A stretch of 64,000 nucleotides of DNA from Trichoplax adhaerens. Lineage: Eukaryota; Animalia; Placozoa. The first letter of the stretch is position 1, and each line of letters begins with the position of its first letter. Made by a program: the position numbers and the translations under genes. The stretch lies in the NCBI RefSeq assembly GCF_000150275.1, contig NW_002060945.1, positions 9,006,011-9,070,010 of the forward strand. The letters are read 5' to 3'. This document shows, piece after piece, positions 27,871 through 41,957 of the stretch. The notes under the pieces are model-generated. The model was given only the letters and a program-made list of their open reading frames with translations. It did not search any database and was not told the origin of the DNA.

Positions 27871-28503
27871 TGTTACAGTGTTAAATACTGTATTACAGTA
27901 GAAATAACTATGTTAGGATAATTCTGTTAGACTATCCTTATTTAGTTAACTTCTAATTTGGATATACTGTATTTTAATATAGCACTGACTTTTTATGACA
28001 GTGACACTTATACACATACTGAAATTATAATAGTTATAATAGGGAATGCAAATCATCTGCTTACAGTTCGAATCATTGTGATTGTAATTTACTTATGATA
28101 GACTGTAAATTATCATGGAGATGTTCCGTGATAGGACATATCGTAATCTGACTATTCTGTATTAGTTATTACATGTCTATGTTCGTAAATACTGTTGTCT
28201 GCATTAAGAGAGCAGTAGCTAAAATTAATATCTAATTCAGTAAATGATTCTAATGTTAATTGTATTAACTATGACTCATGAACTATTGAGGAATAGTATA
28301 TAAATGCAGTATATCGTGAAATAAAGAAGAATTGTCCAACTTAGTGTTTAACGTAAAATACGAGGCGTTTAAGTCTTTGTGTAGTCTGCTAGTAGAGCAA
28401 AAGTGTTTGCGATAGTGCAGATATCGTTCCTTGATACGTGGTTCAAGGAATTGACTTATTGATCGTATATTGCGTTATCTTGTTGCAAAGCTGTTTTGTG
28501 ACA
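27871..28503 (+). mobile_element. Solo LTR, 633 bp, 5-bp TSD TCAAG
   Basis: Termini TGTTACA...TGTGACA; TCAAG at 27866-27870 and 28504-28508; internal TGACTCA 28272, TATATAAA 28297, AATAAA 28320; near-identical reverse-complement copy at 41958-42590. Confidence 0.9.
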
Positions 28504-31500
28504 TCAAGATTAAGAATTGTTTGGCTTGGTTGTAAAAAAGAATAAGCTAATTGTCTATAGGTCAGGTAAAAGTCATTGTTAGGGTAGATACTATTTTCAT
28601 TCTGGGAATATGGATTCATTATATTTTTACTGATAGATATGAGATTTGATGAATTGATATCCAGTTTGATATATAACAGCTTAAAATTAATAATATAGAT
28701 AATCAACTTTGCAATCAAGTTTTGTTTAACTTATTATCAATTGTCAATAAGTTTTATGTATTCATGTTTAAACTTAGTTTCATCTTATATAGCATTTATT
28801 GTATTAACGGGCCTAAATTGGAGTAAGTAAATAGGGAAGAATGGTACGGTTGTTATCAAATTTTATGCATTATTTAATTATAAGCATTTCATGGCATAAA
28901 TGCAATTTACAGGTAATCATACGTATTAAATTTTTACATCATTTAAATGGCTTTTTGCTATTGAAGTATATTCATATCAGGATTTCATTCTAAGATATAT
29001 GATTTCATTGAATCCAGAATGATGAATTTTATTACATTAATCTTGTATTTGCGCCTATTATCAATGTCTACGAATCAACGGATCGAATTTGAAGATCGAG
29101 GAAAATGGAATTCGACGAAATATTTCTAATTTAGACTGAATTACCATCATTTGCAGTGTCCTCCATAGTCTAAGAATATTTTCTTGACTAGTTCTCAAAT
29201 AGTACTACGCTACAAATTATTGAGTCGTAAGTGTGCAGCATTGAATAAGTAACAGAACGGCTTAAAAGACAATTTTATGTACGATCTATTTGCAAGAATA
29301 CTCTACCAATATTGCTTGGTAATAGTAATTTGACCTACAAATGCGACAATCATTTATATACTTAAAATAGAATAGATCATTTATTCTGTAAAGGTAGTAA
29401 TACTCCATCTATTGCCTTATTTTGTCTTTCTCTTCTGTTCCATATACGTCATACTAAGAAGAAATAGTGTATACTTCAATTGGATGACATTGTTGTTAAT
29501 TTCAATGAATGATAAAAATTCACCAGGTAAACGAGGCATGTGCGATTTGTCAGGTCCGACTACTTGAATGATTCAACAATAGGATTTGCATATAACATTC
29601 TCTTTGGATAATAGATGTTATAACAAAAGACAACAGCAACACATAAAATTGATATAATTACTAATTTCACCTGGACCATAGGCTAAACAATACCTTGCAG
29701 ATAGATGACCATCAAGTTATCGCCAAAATCGAGTAAATAGTAGTTAAACGTGTAATTAAAAACTAGGTAAAAAAATGAAATATTTCCAGAAAGTATATTA
29801 TGTTTAGCTTGAGAATCATTGTCCATATGCTTTATTTGATTCACAAAGTTAGGTTACTATTTTAAAGTAACGCGAGATAATAGCCAATATAGAATACTAA
29901 TAGAGTTGTTAATGAATTTTTTATTTCATCCATCATCATCTCTGATCTACTAGCTACATGTCAGTGATTATAGAAGTAAAATAGGAGTAGTTGCTGTCAG
30001 TTGTTCGTTATTAGCCAAGATTATGTATAATATTTTAGGTATATGAATTAAAATACAATTTGTAATGCTAAAAAAATGAATAGATTTAGATACACAATTT
30101 ATCCTTTCAGTATTTTGTTTATGGTATTATCATCGCTAGATAACTTAATTTTGTAGCTTGCTACCTTCGTGATCATGTAATGGGAAAGGAATGATCTTAA
30201 ATCTTTCGTATAGAAACTATGAAAGGAGACAGGTTACTCTAGTTATAGCTATCTCATCAAATTTGTTGCTTTAGATTACTACTTTCTACAAATAAATATT
30301 ATATTACGACTACATAATGAATAATTAACAAGTTCATACATTCATATATTATATCATCAGCAGTCTTAGAAGCGAAATATGAGTTGATCAAGTAATAGTG
30401 ATTTGCATTTCTTCGTATAAATTGAGGATGAAAATGGTGAAAAGAAAACAGAAGTTAAATAATCAGAATATCCAAAAGACCTGCTGCGTAAAATGCCGTT
30501 TACCATAAAGAATAATATTTCGACTTTTATTTTAATCATACAATACTACAAATTTTGCGTAACATCTAAAATAATTAATATAATCGTACCATCAATCTGA
30601 AGCAATGGTTAATAATCCATGCAGAAGATGTTGAGGTCAACATTATTTTATAATGTCTTTGTTATTCGATGGGATGAATAAGAAACTTGAAATGCATTAA
30701 CTAAACTTCACTTTTTCAATTTCCTTTGCATGACAAATATAGATGTGCATATAATTACTTCTAAATATTCATGTGTACATATATCTATAACACACCTATA
30801 TAAAATAAAAATAATTGAATGGTATCATAGAACAGAAATTCAAAAGATTAAAACCAAATGATTGAATTGAGACTATTTCCAATTCTATATTCAGTGAATA
30901 CTGATACATGCCATATATTCTATTGGCTTTATTAAATGTTTTATTTCTATCTTATCTTATCTGCAGCTGCTAAATATGATTTATTTTTTAATGTCCAATA
31001 TAATAATAATAATACTAATAGTAATAATAATTATATCGATTGCTTAATGACACTTTCGTCTACTTTCTTTTCACAGTAATCTCTATCATTACTTTGCCAG
31101 ATGTTCCAAATACAATTTAATTTAATCAATAGTGAGATCGATAGATGACACGTATAGAATATGTATGTGTGCTCATCTGTAAAATTGAAAACATCTTTAA
31201 ATTACTAATAATGTTAGCAAAATTACTTCTCTCACCCAATTTTTTATCTGACCTTGATGAGTTGGAAGTAAGATGCTCCTCTCAAAAATGACATTGTGCA
31301 GTTATTACTTTACTGTGAATTAAATAATAGAGTATTGCTGATTGAAACTTTACAATTCAAAACTTGACTGCTATTATCCTGATTCCTACTTGATATTGTT
31401 AGGCCATCGTATCCGGATAGGCATTTACAATTAACTTTTACTTAAAGAATATCGAACACCAAAGCAAATTGCTATGCTTTACAGTATCAAGCTTTCGATT

Positions 31501-32611
31501 TTAAAGCACTGATATCGATATGACAATCAAATGAGTATACTTTTAAATTAACCTATATTAAATTATTAACACATTAAATTACGGAGTACTTTTAATTTTT
31601 CTTGTTTTCATTTAATGAATGTTCAAATGTATTGATGTAGATGCTTTACAATAGGATATATTCGCCAACTGATTACAGTTTATAATTTCTCTTGTGTATA
31701 TTAATTTGCCAAATATATGCCGTTTACTGATTAGTAATGTGGATACTACCATATAATCTTTATATAGTATATATATGTATGGGTTACATGTATAATATAT
31801 ATGAAATATACTGTAGATTTTAGTGTGATATATTCATCTATCCATCTATCTATCTCTCTATATTTCTCTCTGTATATATGTATTATTGTTTTATAGTTAT
31901 ATCTATATAAATATGTTTATATATTTCTGTATATCGTGAATATATACTTGTTCTGTGCTTGTATTTTGTATACAGTATGCGCAAATGGATATTTCTAATA
32001 ACATAACTAACAGCCATAGTAAACGAATACAACAGAATTTACAAGTATGAATAAGTCTATGATCTAAAATGTTGATATGAAATATTTGATAGTCAGAAAT
32101 AAGAATATAGAGTGAGAAAAGTCAAGGTGTTGAAGGAGAAAATGGAATGATTAGACACGTGTAAAAGATTTTTATATTATTTTATCGCATAATAAATTAG
32201 AAATTGTTAATATATTAATGTTTAGCCAAGCTATCATAGAACATGTTTGGCAAAAGCATATTTTATTTATGCTCAAGCAACATCAAATTATTCGTCATTG
32301 CTATATGATATATTGTCGAATAACATCATTTTCGTTATTGTATTTCCGTATGATTCCACTTTTTTTTAAAAGCTATCTTAAATATTGATCACAAAGGTTC
32401 TGATTGGATTTTATCCAGCAGTTCGTTTTAACAGCAGTTAAGATAAATTAATTATGTATCGTTGGTTTTATACTAGTATTATATAGACTTATACTGATAG
32501 TTTAAATTGAGACTAAATGTTTAAAACAAAAATACTAAAGATGCGGTTGATTCCATATCAACATCTAATATAGTGTTGTCGATATTTGATCTGCTGTAAT
32601 TTGAAAATTTT

Positions 32612-32896
32612 TCACCTTTTCTGGCTCTGATGATTGTCGGTAGTTTGTAAAGTTTGTTGTAAGAAATCGATATACATTATAGCTAAGCGTAGTATTTCAA
32701 AAGGTGTTATGTCAGTTTCTTCTTGAAATGTTGGTACATGGCGTTTTAACTCCTGGATTGCTTGATCAATTTCTAAGTATGTCTCATCATCATTCTCTGC
32801 TGTTAGACATGTAGCTTGATGCTGAGAAATTTGTTGCTGTAAAAATTCTTTGTAATTTAAAGCAACTTGTCCAGTCTGTAAGTCAGGGATTCGCAT
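32612..32896 (-). CDS. 94-aa helix-loop-helix protein of PTF1/Fer type lacking the basic DNA-binding region (acidic instead)
   Basis: IDQAIQELKRHVPTFQEETDITPFEILRLAIMYIDFLQQTL aligns without gaps to the class A HLH consensus IN.AF..LR.HVPTF..E.RLSKI.TLRLAI.YI.FL...L. Intact single ORF with aaaATG start; minus-strand AATAAA near 32262-32267. Confidence 0.85.
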   Translation of the reverse strand: MRIPDLQTGQVALNYKEFLQQQISQHQATCLTAENDDETYLEIDQAIQELKRHVPTFQEETDITPFEILRLAIMYIDFLQQTLQTTDNHQSQKR

Positions 32897-33267
32897 TTTG
32901 CACAGTGAATTTTAATCGACTTTTGATATCAATAAGTGAAGATAAGCAAGATAAAGGATATATTGACCTGTCGACTAGCCTACTTTCTCTTGATTAGGCT
33001 TAACTGATCTGGTAAATGTCTACAGACGGTTCTGACAGCAGGTTGAATTGCTACTTCTATCGCTAGGATTATGACCATGAGATGTACGCTGTCGATTAGT
33101 TAATTTTTAGTAGATTTGGTATCGATTTTCCAACTGTATTAAAACTTGATTTGACCCAAATGTCTTAATTTAGTATAATACTATTGAAGTTGAATAATTC
33201 CGATTCAATCAATATGTAATAGAATGAAAGTCTTAATATTTTCGATCACTAGATAGGAAAAGAAAAA

Positions 33268-36200
33268 CAGCTGTAGGTTAGAGTAGAAAACGATTTAAAG
33301 ATAGACAGACTACGGGTAGTTTAAATTAGTTGGTTTGATTCTATTGATGAAACGATGGAAATGTAAATAATACTAGTGGAGCAAAATGATGGCTAGGCCG
33401 TTACATGATTTTAATACCACGATGAAAATAAAGACTGAAGAATATAGTGTACATATTGATCAAGGCAAGTACGAGCAAATTTTCGACCTTTATCACTATG
33501 TTGCCTACAGTATGTACAATCTTACCTTAAGAATGATAATAATAATCGCACTTGGATAGAATAATAGGCAATTTTTAGCTGGATGAAGGGGAAAAGATTT
33601 GATCACTAATAATGTGTCGACGTTTGGTTTTATATCCTTTCTTTTTTTTCAACGGTATCAATCATTTAAGTCGCTACCAGCTGATGTAGACGTCAAAACA
33701 GTTACAGGAATTAGGCGTAAATTTAAGGCTAGAAATGGATGGTGTTACCATAGGCGAAGTTGGAAAGGAATGAAGAGCAGCTGTTTGTACCAATGGGTAT
33801 TTGTGCCACTAAATTTAAAAATTTTTGTATTATGTAATATCATGAAATAAAAAATTATACATCCGGCTACAGGTGCGCTGTATTGTGTACTGTCCAGATG
33901 CCAAAATGTGCATAATAACTTTTGCTTCATTGTCCATTCAGATGCAATGTTGTCTATTGTCATTAGCCGGCTAGCAATAATAGTGTGTGTGGATAGTAGA
34001 TGGAGAGTAGAGTTGTATAGTTGGCAACGATTAAGAGGATGGAAAATAGTTTAGCGGTCTTGCCATAGCATAAAGCAACATCAATAGTTGTAAGCTATAC
34101 AAATCGATACAATTTACAACTATTGAAATGGAATGGGCCTGTAGTTGCATCTTCTTCTCGATCCATCTCTCCATACGTCTGGGCAACACTTTTCTGTCTG
34201 TTCCTCTCATTGAAAGAGGTGTGGAATTAAGCTAGCGATTTAATGGATGTTATTGTTGCAGAGAGAGAAAGTTCTACTGTCGATACAGGTAGTATCGATT
34301 AGTAGAGTCTGTTGGTTGGTAAAATATTGGATATTAATTAACAATCGAGCTTATTCTTTCCACTCCAATCTATACAGTAGATATTGATCCAAACGATGAC
34401 GTATTGATCTACATTCGATCTTACTGCTTGAATTAAGTCTCTTATTGACTCATGAGTCTATCCTTCATCTGGAGCGTAATAAACATTTTCCCTATCAAAT
34501 TGATTTCCTGTTGACTAGTAAAATATTACAATTTAGATATAGATAGGTAATAATAGTATTAATACTTTCTGTACAGATTTATCGTCATCATCATCATTAC
34601 GCTTCAATAAATAAAAAAAAGGGAGAAAAAATACAGCAAGATCATCTTTCCATTTTATTGGTTAATATCAATGTTTACAACTAAATACGAGCTAGCCTAA
34701 ACGATTCAGGCTAATGAAATCGATCTATTCGGGCTTAAAAGAGGAGTGATGAAAAATAGGACTGGTCATACGCAATAAAATCCATATGACAAATAGCATT
34801 TATCTTAATCGAATGAAACACAACCATTCCGCAACACATAGTTCAAGGTAAAGTGTTTAGGAATCATTGAATTAGCATCATCTTCAATTTTTAATTAATA
34901 CAGCTGGATACAATCATGGATCGCTCAATTTTAAATAGGTAAAAGGACTACTTTTTGTTAACCCGCCTTTAAAAAATTAAATTTTATTCTGCCTTTTTTA
35001 TAATGTGTTGATTTGTAGATCTAATATATGGCTACACTCCCACGATGTTAGCTACAACTGTAGTGTAACCTCTCTTCTAGTCAATTTCGACACTTGTATT
35101 TGTCTGGTACCTATTCTATTTACATCATTGTTTCCTTAGCTATCAAACAGTAAAATATACACAGGTGCATTTGTTAAAAAAATAAAATATAATAAAATGC
35201 GACTATCAGTTTTATCCGTTGTATGTTACTATTATGCAAGATAAAAAAATTGGGGTGCCTTTTAAATAATTGATCATCCATTGATGTTCTTCAACTCATG
35301 TATGGGATATATACATCTTCAAGATATTGTTTTTATTTAATATTTATTTTTATTTTCTATACTTTCATTCAACATCTATTATTTCATCTACTGATGTCAT
35401 CTGTATATCTATGATGGAGGAATTTTATTCTCCAGCTGGACACTTTTACCCTTATGGAATGAAATTATTAATCGAATTTGCTTATCAAATTGATAAGATA
35501 GGATGACTAAAAGGGCTTCTTGAATGCATAGATCACGAATGACAATCTACTATAGAGCAATAGACGACATAAAGCATCTACTTCAATGACTGTCCTAACC
35601 AAGACCGTGGATGAATGATGAGTAGGTAAAGCTAACTGCCAAAACATTCGATTTAATGTACGAACAGATGATATTGAAGAGGGCAGAAATGTTAATGATG
35701 ATAATTATTGGAATGGGGTTTATTCTCTAATAATAATAATAGCAAAGGAATTGAAAATATGAAGAATTCTATATTAGCTCGTAATGAATGCATTCTTGTA
35801 TAACAATATATGATGAAAAGTATCATTCACTTTGTATTTTCAGTGAATTTCAACTTAATGTTTAATATTTATTAGGCTACTCACTATTCTATACTATCCT
35901 TGCTCAAGACAAGAGGTTTTAAAAGTTAATATTTATAATGGTTAATCTCTTTGCTTTTTATCAATTTGAGTCCTACTAGCTGGCATGAGAATGATTGCCT
36001 GCCACCATAAGTATTGGATAGATTCTACCGTAGTGTATTATATATAATGAAAATTGTCCGTACATAAACCTAGCTTATAGAATCAAGTAAATTATAGATT
36101 GAAAATTGATTTTGGATCTTAAATTATAGCTAATCAACTGCTAGCAATGCTCTTTCTTCCATGTTCATTTTATTAAATCATCTGGCTATAGTTAATATCT

Positions 36201-36488
36201 GATGATAGATTAATCGTTGTTGTTCATCGCTAAGGGGAAGTTAATAGAATGATCAAAAGAAATACATTTATGTTTAATATAGTGACGTTGTCATAATTTT
36301 CTAAGACTATTTTTATATCGCCATATGCCATGGCAGAATAACAACCAGCTGTCGCTAAATATGATAACTTTTGACATATGCTCTTTAGTAATAAATTATA
36401 CAATATTCTTTTTTGTTTTACTTATTGCTTCGATAGACCATCTTTTATTAATAAGTCTATAATTGTATTTTATTTTCAATTACAGGTG
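33268..36488. promoter_or_regulatory. Cluster of class A E-boxes upstream of the HLH gene
   Basis: CAGCTG at 33268, 33678, 33778, 34901, 35433, 36346; CAGGTG at 33870, 35162, 36483; CAGATG/CATCTG at 33895, 33939, 34466, 35398. Confidence 0.45.
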
Positions 36489-39400
36489 AGAGAAAGTTTG
36501 TATGGAAAGAAGAATAACTAATTTTCAAATGTTAGATAGATGGAAATTAATGTTATAAGTGTAGAGCACTATTTTGTTTCATATCAGGAAAGTTTAATTT
36601 TTTTTGCCGCTACAAATTCTTCATTTCCAATATCTTCCAGTCATGAGCTTATCAACTTCTTATCCCCATTAAAAATTAGTACAAACATGTATTTATTTTA
36701 GTCCAAGGGAGTGTATAAATGCAAATTGAATTTTTGCCATCAGTGCAATATACAAGTTTCATTCAACAGTAATCTTTGGATCGTATTGCAATATCTCTAG
36801 CTGTGACAAGATATTGACCTCAAATAGGATTTATAAAATATTAACTTATGACGGTATTGAAATAACATAATGACCAAAATATAAAGATGATAACCATTGG
36901 TGTTGACCTGGAGGATAGGTAAACTAACAAAAATGAGCTCATGTTGACCAGTACTCCTGGTCAACATGGTGTAATAGATACTCATTTACCTTGTTAGTTA
37001 GTTGGTTGCTTACTCAACAACCTATGTTGATATCATTTTCCATTTAAAAATATGTTGAAATAATTGATTGATTGATTTGGCTTTTCATTGAGTAAAGCTC
37101 ATGAAGGGATAGACAAGCATATTGACTCTTTCTCTTAGACTCAATAATAATATCCCTCAGTAATTCCTTTCTATAATCAAGACAAAAGTTCACTTTGTTA
37201 AAGTGTACAAAACTGATTATTATTCATTAAAAATTGATGCCGTTTCATGGATTGCATTACACGTGTTGTTTTGTTGGTAAACTGTAGCACATTTTCACAC
37301 ACCTTCTACTTTAAAATTGACCACCTGCATATCAGTTTCTTTTCTTGACAATGTAGAAGTATTATTATGTTGTCTAATTTGTTAGACATTCACTATACAA
37401 ATGACAATCTGGCTAATATTAAAATATAATTTCCTCTTGTTGCCTATACATTGAGTGCTCATCATTTATCTTGGACGCAAAAATATGCAGTAAAATTTAG
37501 GGTTAATTTTAATTTTAGCCATTGAAATTGCTTATTGGAACATATATCAATGATAATAACAATAACCACTATAGCAGTTAGAATACAATATCTGCATTAA
37601 ATAAAATATATCGTGTTTCCACTATAAAATAAACTTAGATATTACTACTTTCTCTTTCTCTTTTAATGGAAAAGTATGTTAGGAAATGAAAAGGAAGTTT
37701 CTATTCAGTATTATAGACTTATGGCTATTGTTTTATTACTAGCTGTAATTGTCCTCAACTGAATTTATTAACCTTATACAGCAAGCTAAGAATCTTGGTT
37801 CGATTTCCTGAAAATCTGTATTACAGGTTGATAATTATGGAGTAAATTAGAATGGAATATAGACTCTAGACATTGAGATGATTTCACATCGTTAACATTT
37901 CATTAGCCATCGATCTATGTAGACATCTAGTATTAAATCATCTAGCAATATTGGTAATAGTGACTACTGTCAATTAATCATTATTTAGTTAACACTAAAA
38001 TTAGATACCGAAATGGTAATCAATTGTATAACTCTTATTATGGAGTAAGTAGATGAAAAACAAATACGGTTATACATGATAAGGCTTATGATATTTCGGG
38101 AATATAGCCGAAAATCGGGTAACTAGCGTTCATAAACTAATTCGACGGCATAGTCATATCCAGTAAAGGATGGAACGCCTGCTACATTCCTAATTGAGTT
38201 GAATGCATCTTAGGTTGTTGACAAATTTTGTTTAGTTTTCATCGGATTCGGACAATAAAATAACATTTGTTCAGCGTCACTAAGCATAATATGCGAATAG
38301 GATTCTAGCTAAATAGTTCAATTCATAATTTTATCCATCATTTATTAGGTGTGTTTTTATCTATCTCCCTCATAACAACTATGGGAATTGCCACATTATT
38401 TTTGATTAATTTTATGGACTGAAGGTTACGGTTTTTATTTATATTTTTTAATTCGGCGGGAGGGGGAAATTATAACCGTAAATTACTTTTGTGTATCATC
38501 ATTTACTATCAATGTAGTAATCCAGAGGGTTGATGCAAATTCGAAGCAGGTGTCGCATGAGTGGGAGTGGCAGCATATGTCTAATATGTCAACAAATACT
38601 TTCATTTCCCTTTGATTCGGATTAAATGATCGATTGAAAGGTGACTATTAATCGAATTTTATTTTAGCTAGAGATATAAGTATCTTCTAATACATTGCTT
38701 CCTGAACAATGGAATAGTTAGGGACGAGTAGAACTTATATGAATAAAGCTATGATAGAAATTACTTTTATTATTATTAAATCCTGATATAAAAACAGAAT
38801 TAAAAATATTGATACCATCATGTATCATTTTTTGGGCTAACTAGATCTAGTCCAGATGGAATCATGATACACAGTCTTATATCAATAAAGTCAGAATCAT
38901 AACGATAGACTGTTATTGTCGATTGTCTGCAAATTAATCAACCAAATATATTTGATTAGCTAACAATTCCAGCATAGCATTTCATCAATTGGAACTTCAG
39001 CGGACCACGTGGACTATTTCCTAAACGATTATATTACAACAAAAAAGTCTTTTCGTAGATAATTATCGACAAAATATTTTTCTATATTATATTACGAAAT
39101 ATTCTCCCACTATCGATAATGTTTGATAAATCTTAGGGTAATAATTATCCGATATATCAACTCAGTCTTTATTTCAGGCAATTTCCCTTTAAATATGTGT
39201 TAATAGTTTGCCTTAGTAATTCAGTTATTTTCCTTGCGATGAATCAAGACTGATTAATTTGCATTTCTAGACCGTTATAAATAAATTTTTGTATAAAACA
39301 TGCGCGGTAGATGTATTACCACGATGAATAAGGATAGAGATGGCAGTATTAGATAGCGTGCAAAATATAGGAAAGCAGATATTACCTGTAATTGATTTAC

Positions 39401-41957
39401 CCTTCAAGTGAATCTGTTAAAGATATTATCATCCTTTAGCATTGTAGTCTTTGTGAAATATCATAAACTTTGCTAATATTAGAACATAGAGTGCTTAAAA
39501 TTGTAGATAACATTAAGTATGAACATCTGCCGATGGAAATGAAATAATTAATATGAATGATAAAGTTTTTATGAGATAGCGTCATTGATGGATGATGAAG
39601 GAATAAATGTGTTAATGTATTATTACATTTTTTAATAGTAAATTCTACAGGAGTTGTATCGTTGTAGCGCAATATTATAGTTTACCTAGGAACTATGTGG
39701 TGTATTAAGCATTTCTTCGTAGTGCAAATTCTACTTTATTCCGTATTTTTATTTATAATTAATTATTTATGCTAATATATGGAACTTTCATTATTAGACT
39801 TCACGAAGGCCTATTTATAATAACTATTATTAGAAAATAGTTTATTAAATATTTGGTGCAGTAATTCTTTGTATTATATTCAAATTTATCTAAACAGTTT
39901 GGCGCCGGTATTAATATACAATATTGATCATAGTACCATGTTATTACCCACTTAGAAGATCAATCACAATTTTTCTCTACTAGAGTCTTATGTCGTCAGG
40001 ATTAATTCCACAACTTGTAACAACAGTCACCCTATCGCACAGCTATAGCACTCGTGCTATAAAGTAATATTGCCATAAAATTAACTAACCTGACGATACC
40101 AACAATTCTTGAAATAAATTTTGATTATAAAATCTAATTGACACACTGTGTACACCAAATTAAGGCACAATCAGTGTAGTCAACTTAAACTAACTGGTTT
40201 AAAGGGGTGCATCGTTGATATCGACTAGGAATAAAATATCAGTATCTTACTATTTCATAATACTATTGAAACGACGAAATCCATAAAAACATTAATGTAT
40301 TCAACTCATAGAGATAAGATCTCAAAAGAATTGTTATATGATAAAGTCCTATTATAGGCTATTAGCTCTATTAATCAGGCTTTGTTAAGTAAAAATAATG
40401 AAATAGCTTTTGTTTTAGAATGTTCATCAATTCTAAAATTTTAAGCTGTCCTTTCTTATTAATGTAATCAAGCTTATCTGGAAAAAACTGAAAACCCAGA
40501 AGTATTTAATCTCATACCAATACAGATTGATATTTGGCAAGGATAGCTACTATTTGTAACTATGATTTGTATATGTTTATACAACCTGAAACTTCTCGCT
40601 TAGTGGATTAATAGCGTATCGGTAATCACGATTATGATATAACCCAATGGCGAAAGGAAAGCCTCGAAAATTTGTATTGTTAACATGTCGATCCAAATGT
40701 TTCATCTTTAATAACCAAACAACATTGGACTCTCCAGTTATAGTTTGAAGTACAAAATAATTTTTATAATTAGCCTTTGTAATTAATTCCTTTAAATTTC
40801 CTAAATTAATTTATAGTAATGACATGAAGTAATCAAATTACAACTGCATGATCACTTATCTTGATGTATCTTTAAGGCTTAATTCAGTAATTATATCAAT
40901 TAAACGATTCCATACTATTGCACTCATCTCTCCAACTTACTACTGTATCATACGACAACAGTGTTTAAAATTAAAGAGTATATTGTAAACCTATAAAATT
41001 ACAGCAGCCGAAAATGATCACACCTGTCAATGTATTGCTGATGTATGCTATTACTTCAGTTTAGATTTGAGATTTATCATTCTTCAACCAACGATGAACT
41101 ATGAAATAGCAATTATTGATGGAGGAATACCGGTGCGCTACCGTATGACATATAATTTCATAACATCTTTTAAGGTGTAATGTTATACAAATGAGGTTAT
41201 ATAAGTTACTTTCAGTGTTATATAGAGGCGGAAATTACAAGCTTCCTACTTGATGAGCACTATATTGCCTAGCATCAGTAAATATTCTAAGGTTATTCCA
41301 ATAGATTTCATGCTACAATATATAATACTGTAATTGATTCGATTCAATGATGACTCCAAAGAAAGAACTGCTATCATCCAGAGTGTGCAGATGATTATGA
41401 AGGTTGCCGTATAAATTCTCGTTAGTAGATCTTTTAAGTTTGGTATACATTGGTAATATGTTGTTTGATTATAAAAGTAATTAAATTATGATTATAGTAG
41501 GCCTATACTAATTTTTAGCTTATTTTTGTTGCACTTTCGAAATAATGATGAAATCTCGATAATATAGATTTAATTAAAGTCAAAATGAATGCATGTTTAA
41601 AATATAACCTATTTCTTGACAGCTTTACAACGTGAATAATATATTCTAATTTACTGTCATGATACTTATTATTTCATAGATAGATTAATCTTTCTCAAAT
41701 ACCGTTCCATTATTCAAACATCTGGAATGAATTAAATTATTAACAATAGAAAACGATTCTCGTTATGTTGTTGTTATCAGCTATCAACTAATGAGATTGC
41801 TGCATATTAAAGATTTATTTCTACTATTTTATTAAGATATCGACTTATTATGTTAATTAAACGAGTTTATGACTCGCTCCAGATGTTTAATATATTAGAA
41901 AATAATAATTTCTGCTTCTTGATAATATATTTTTAATTTGATTCACAGATAGACTAC

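Noticed and set aside
33599-33963. Overlapping 83-aa (+) and 72-aa (-) ORFs upstream of the HLH gene
   Set aside because: No recognisable motifs or splice support; the region looks regulatory (E-box rich).
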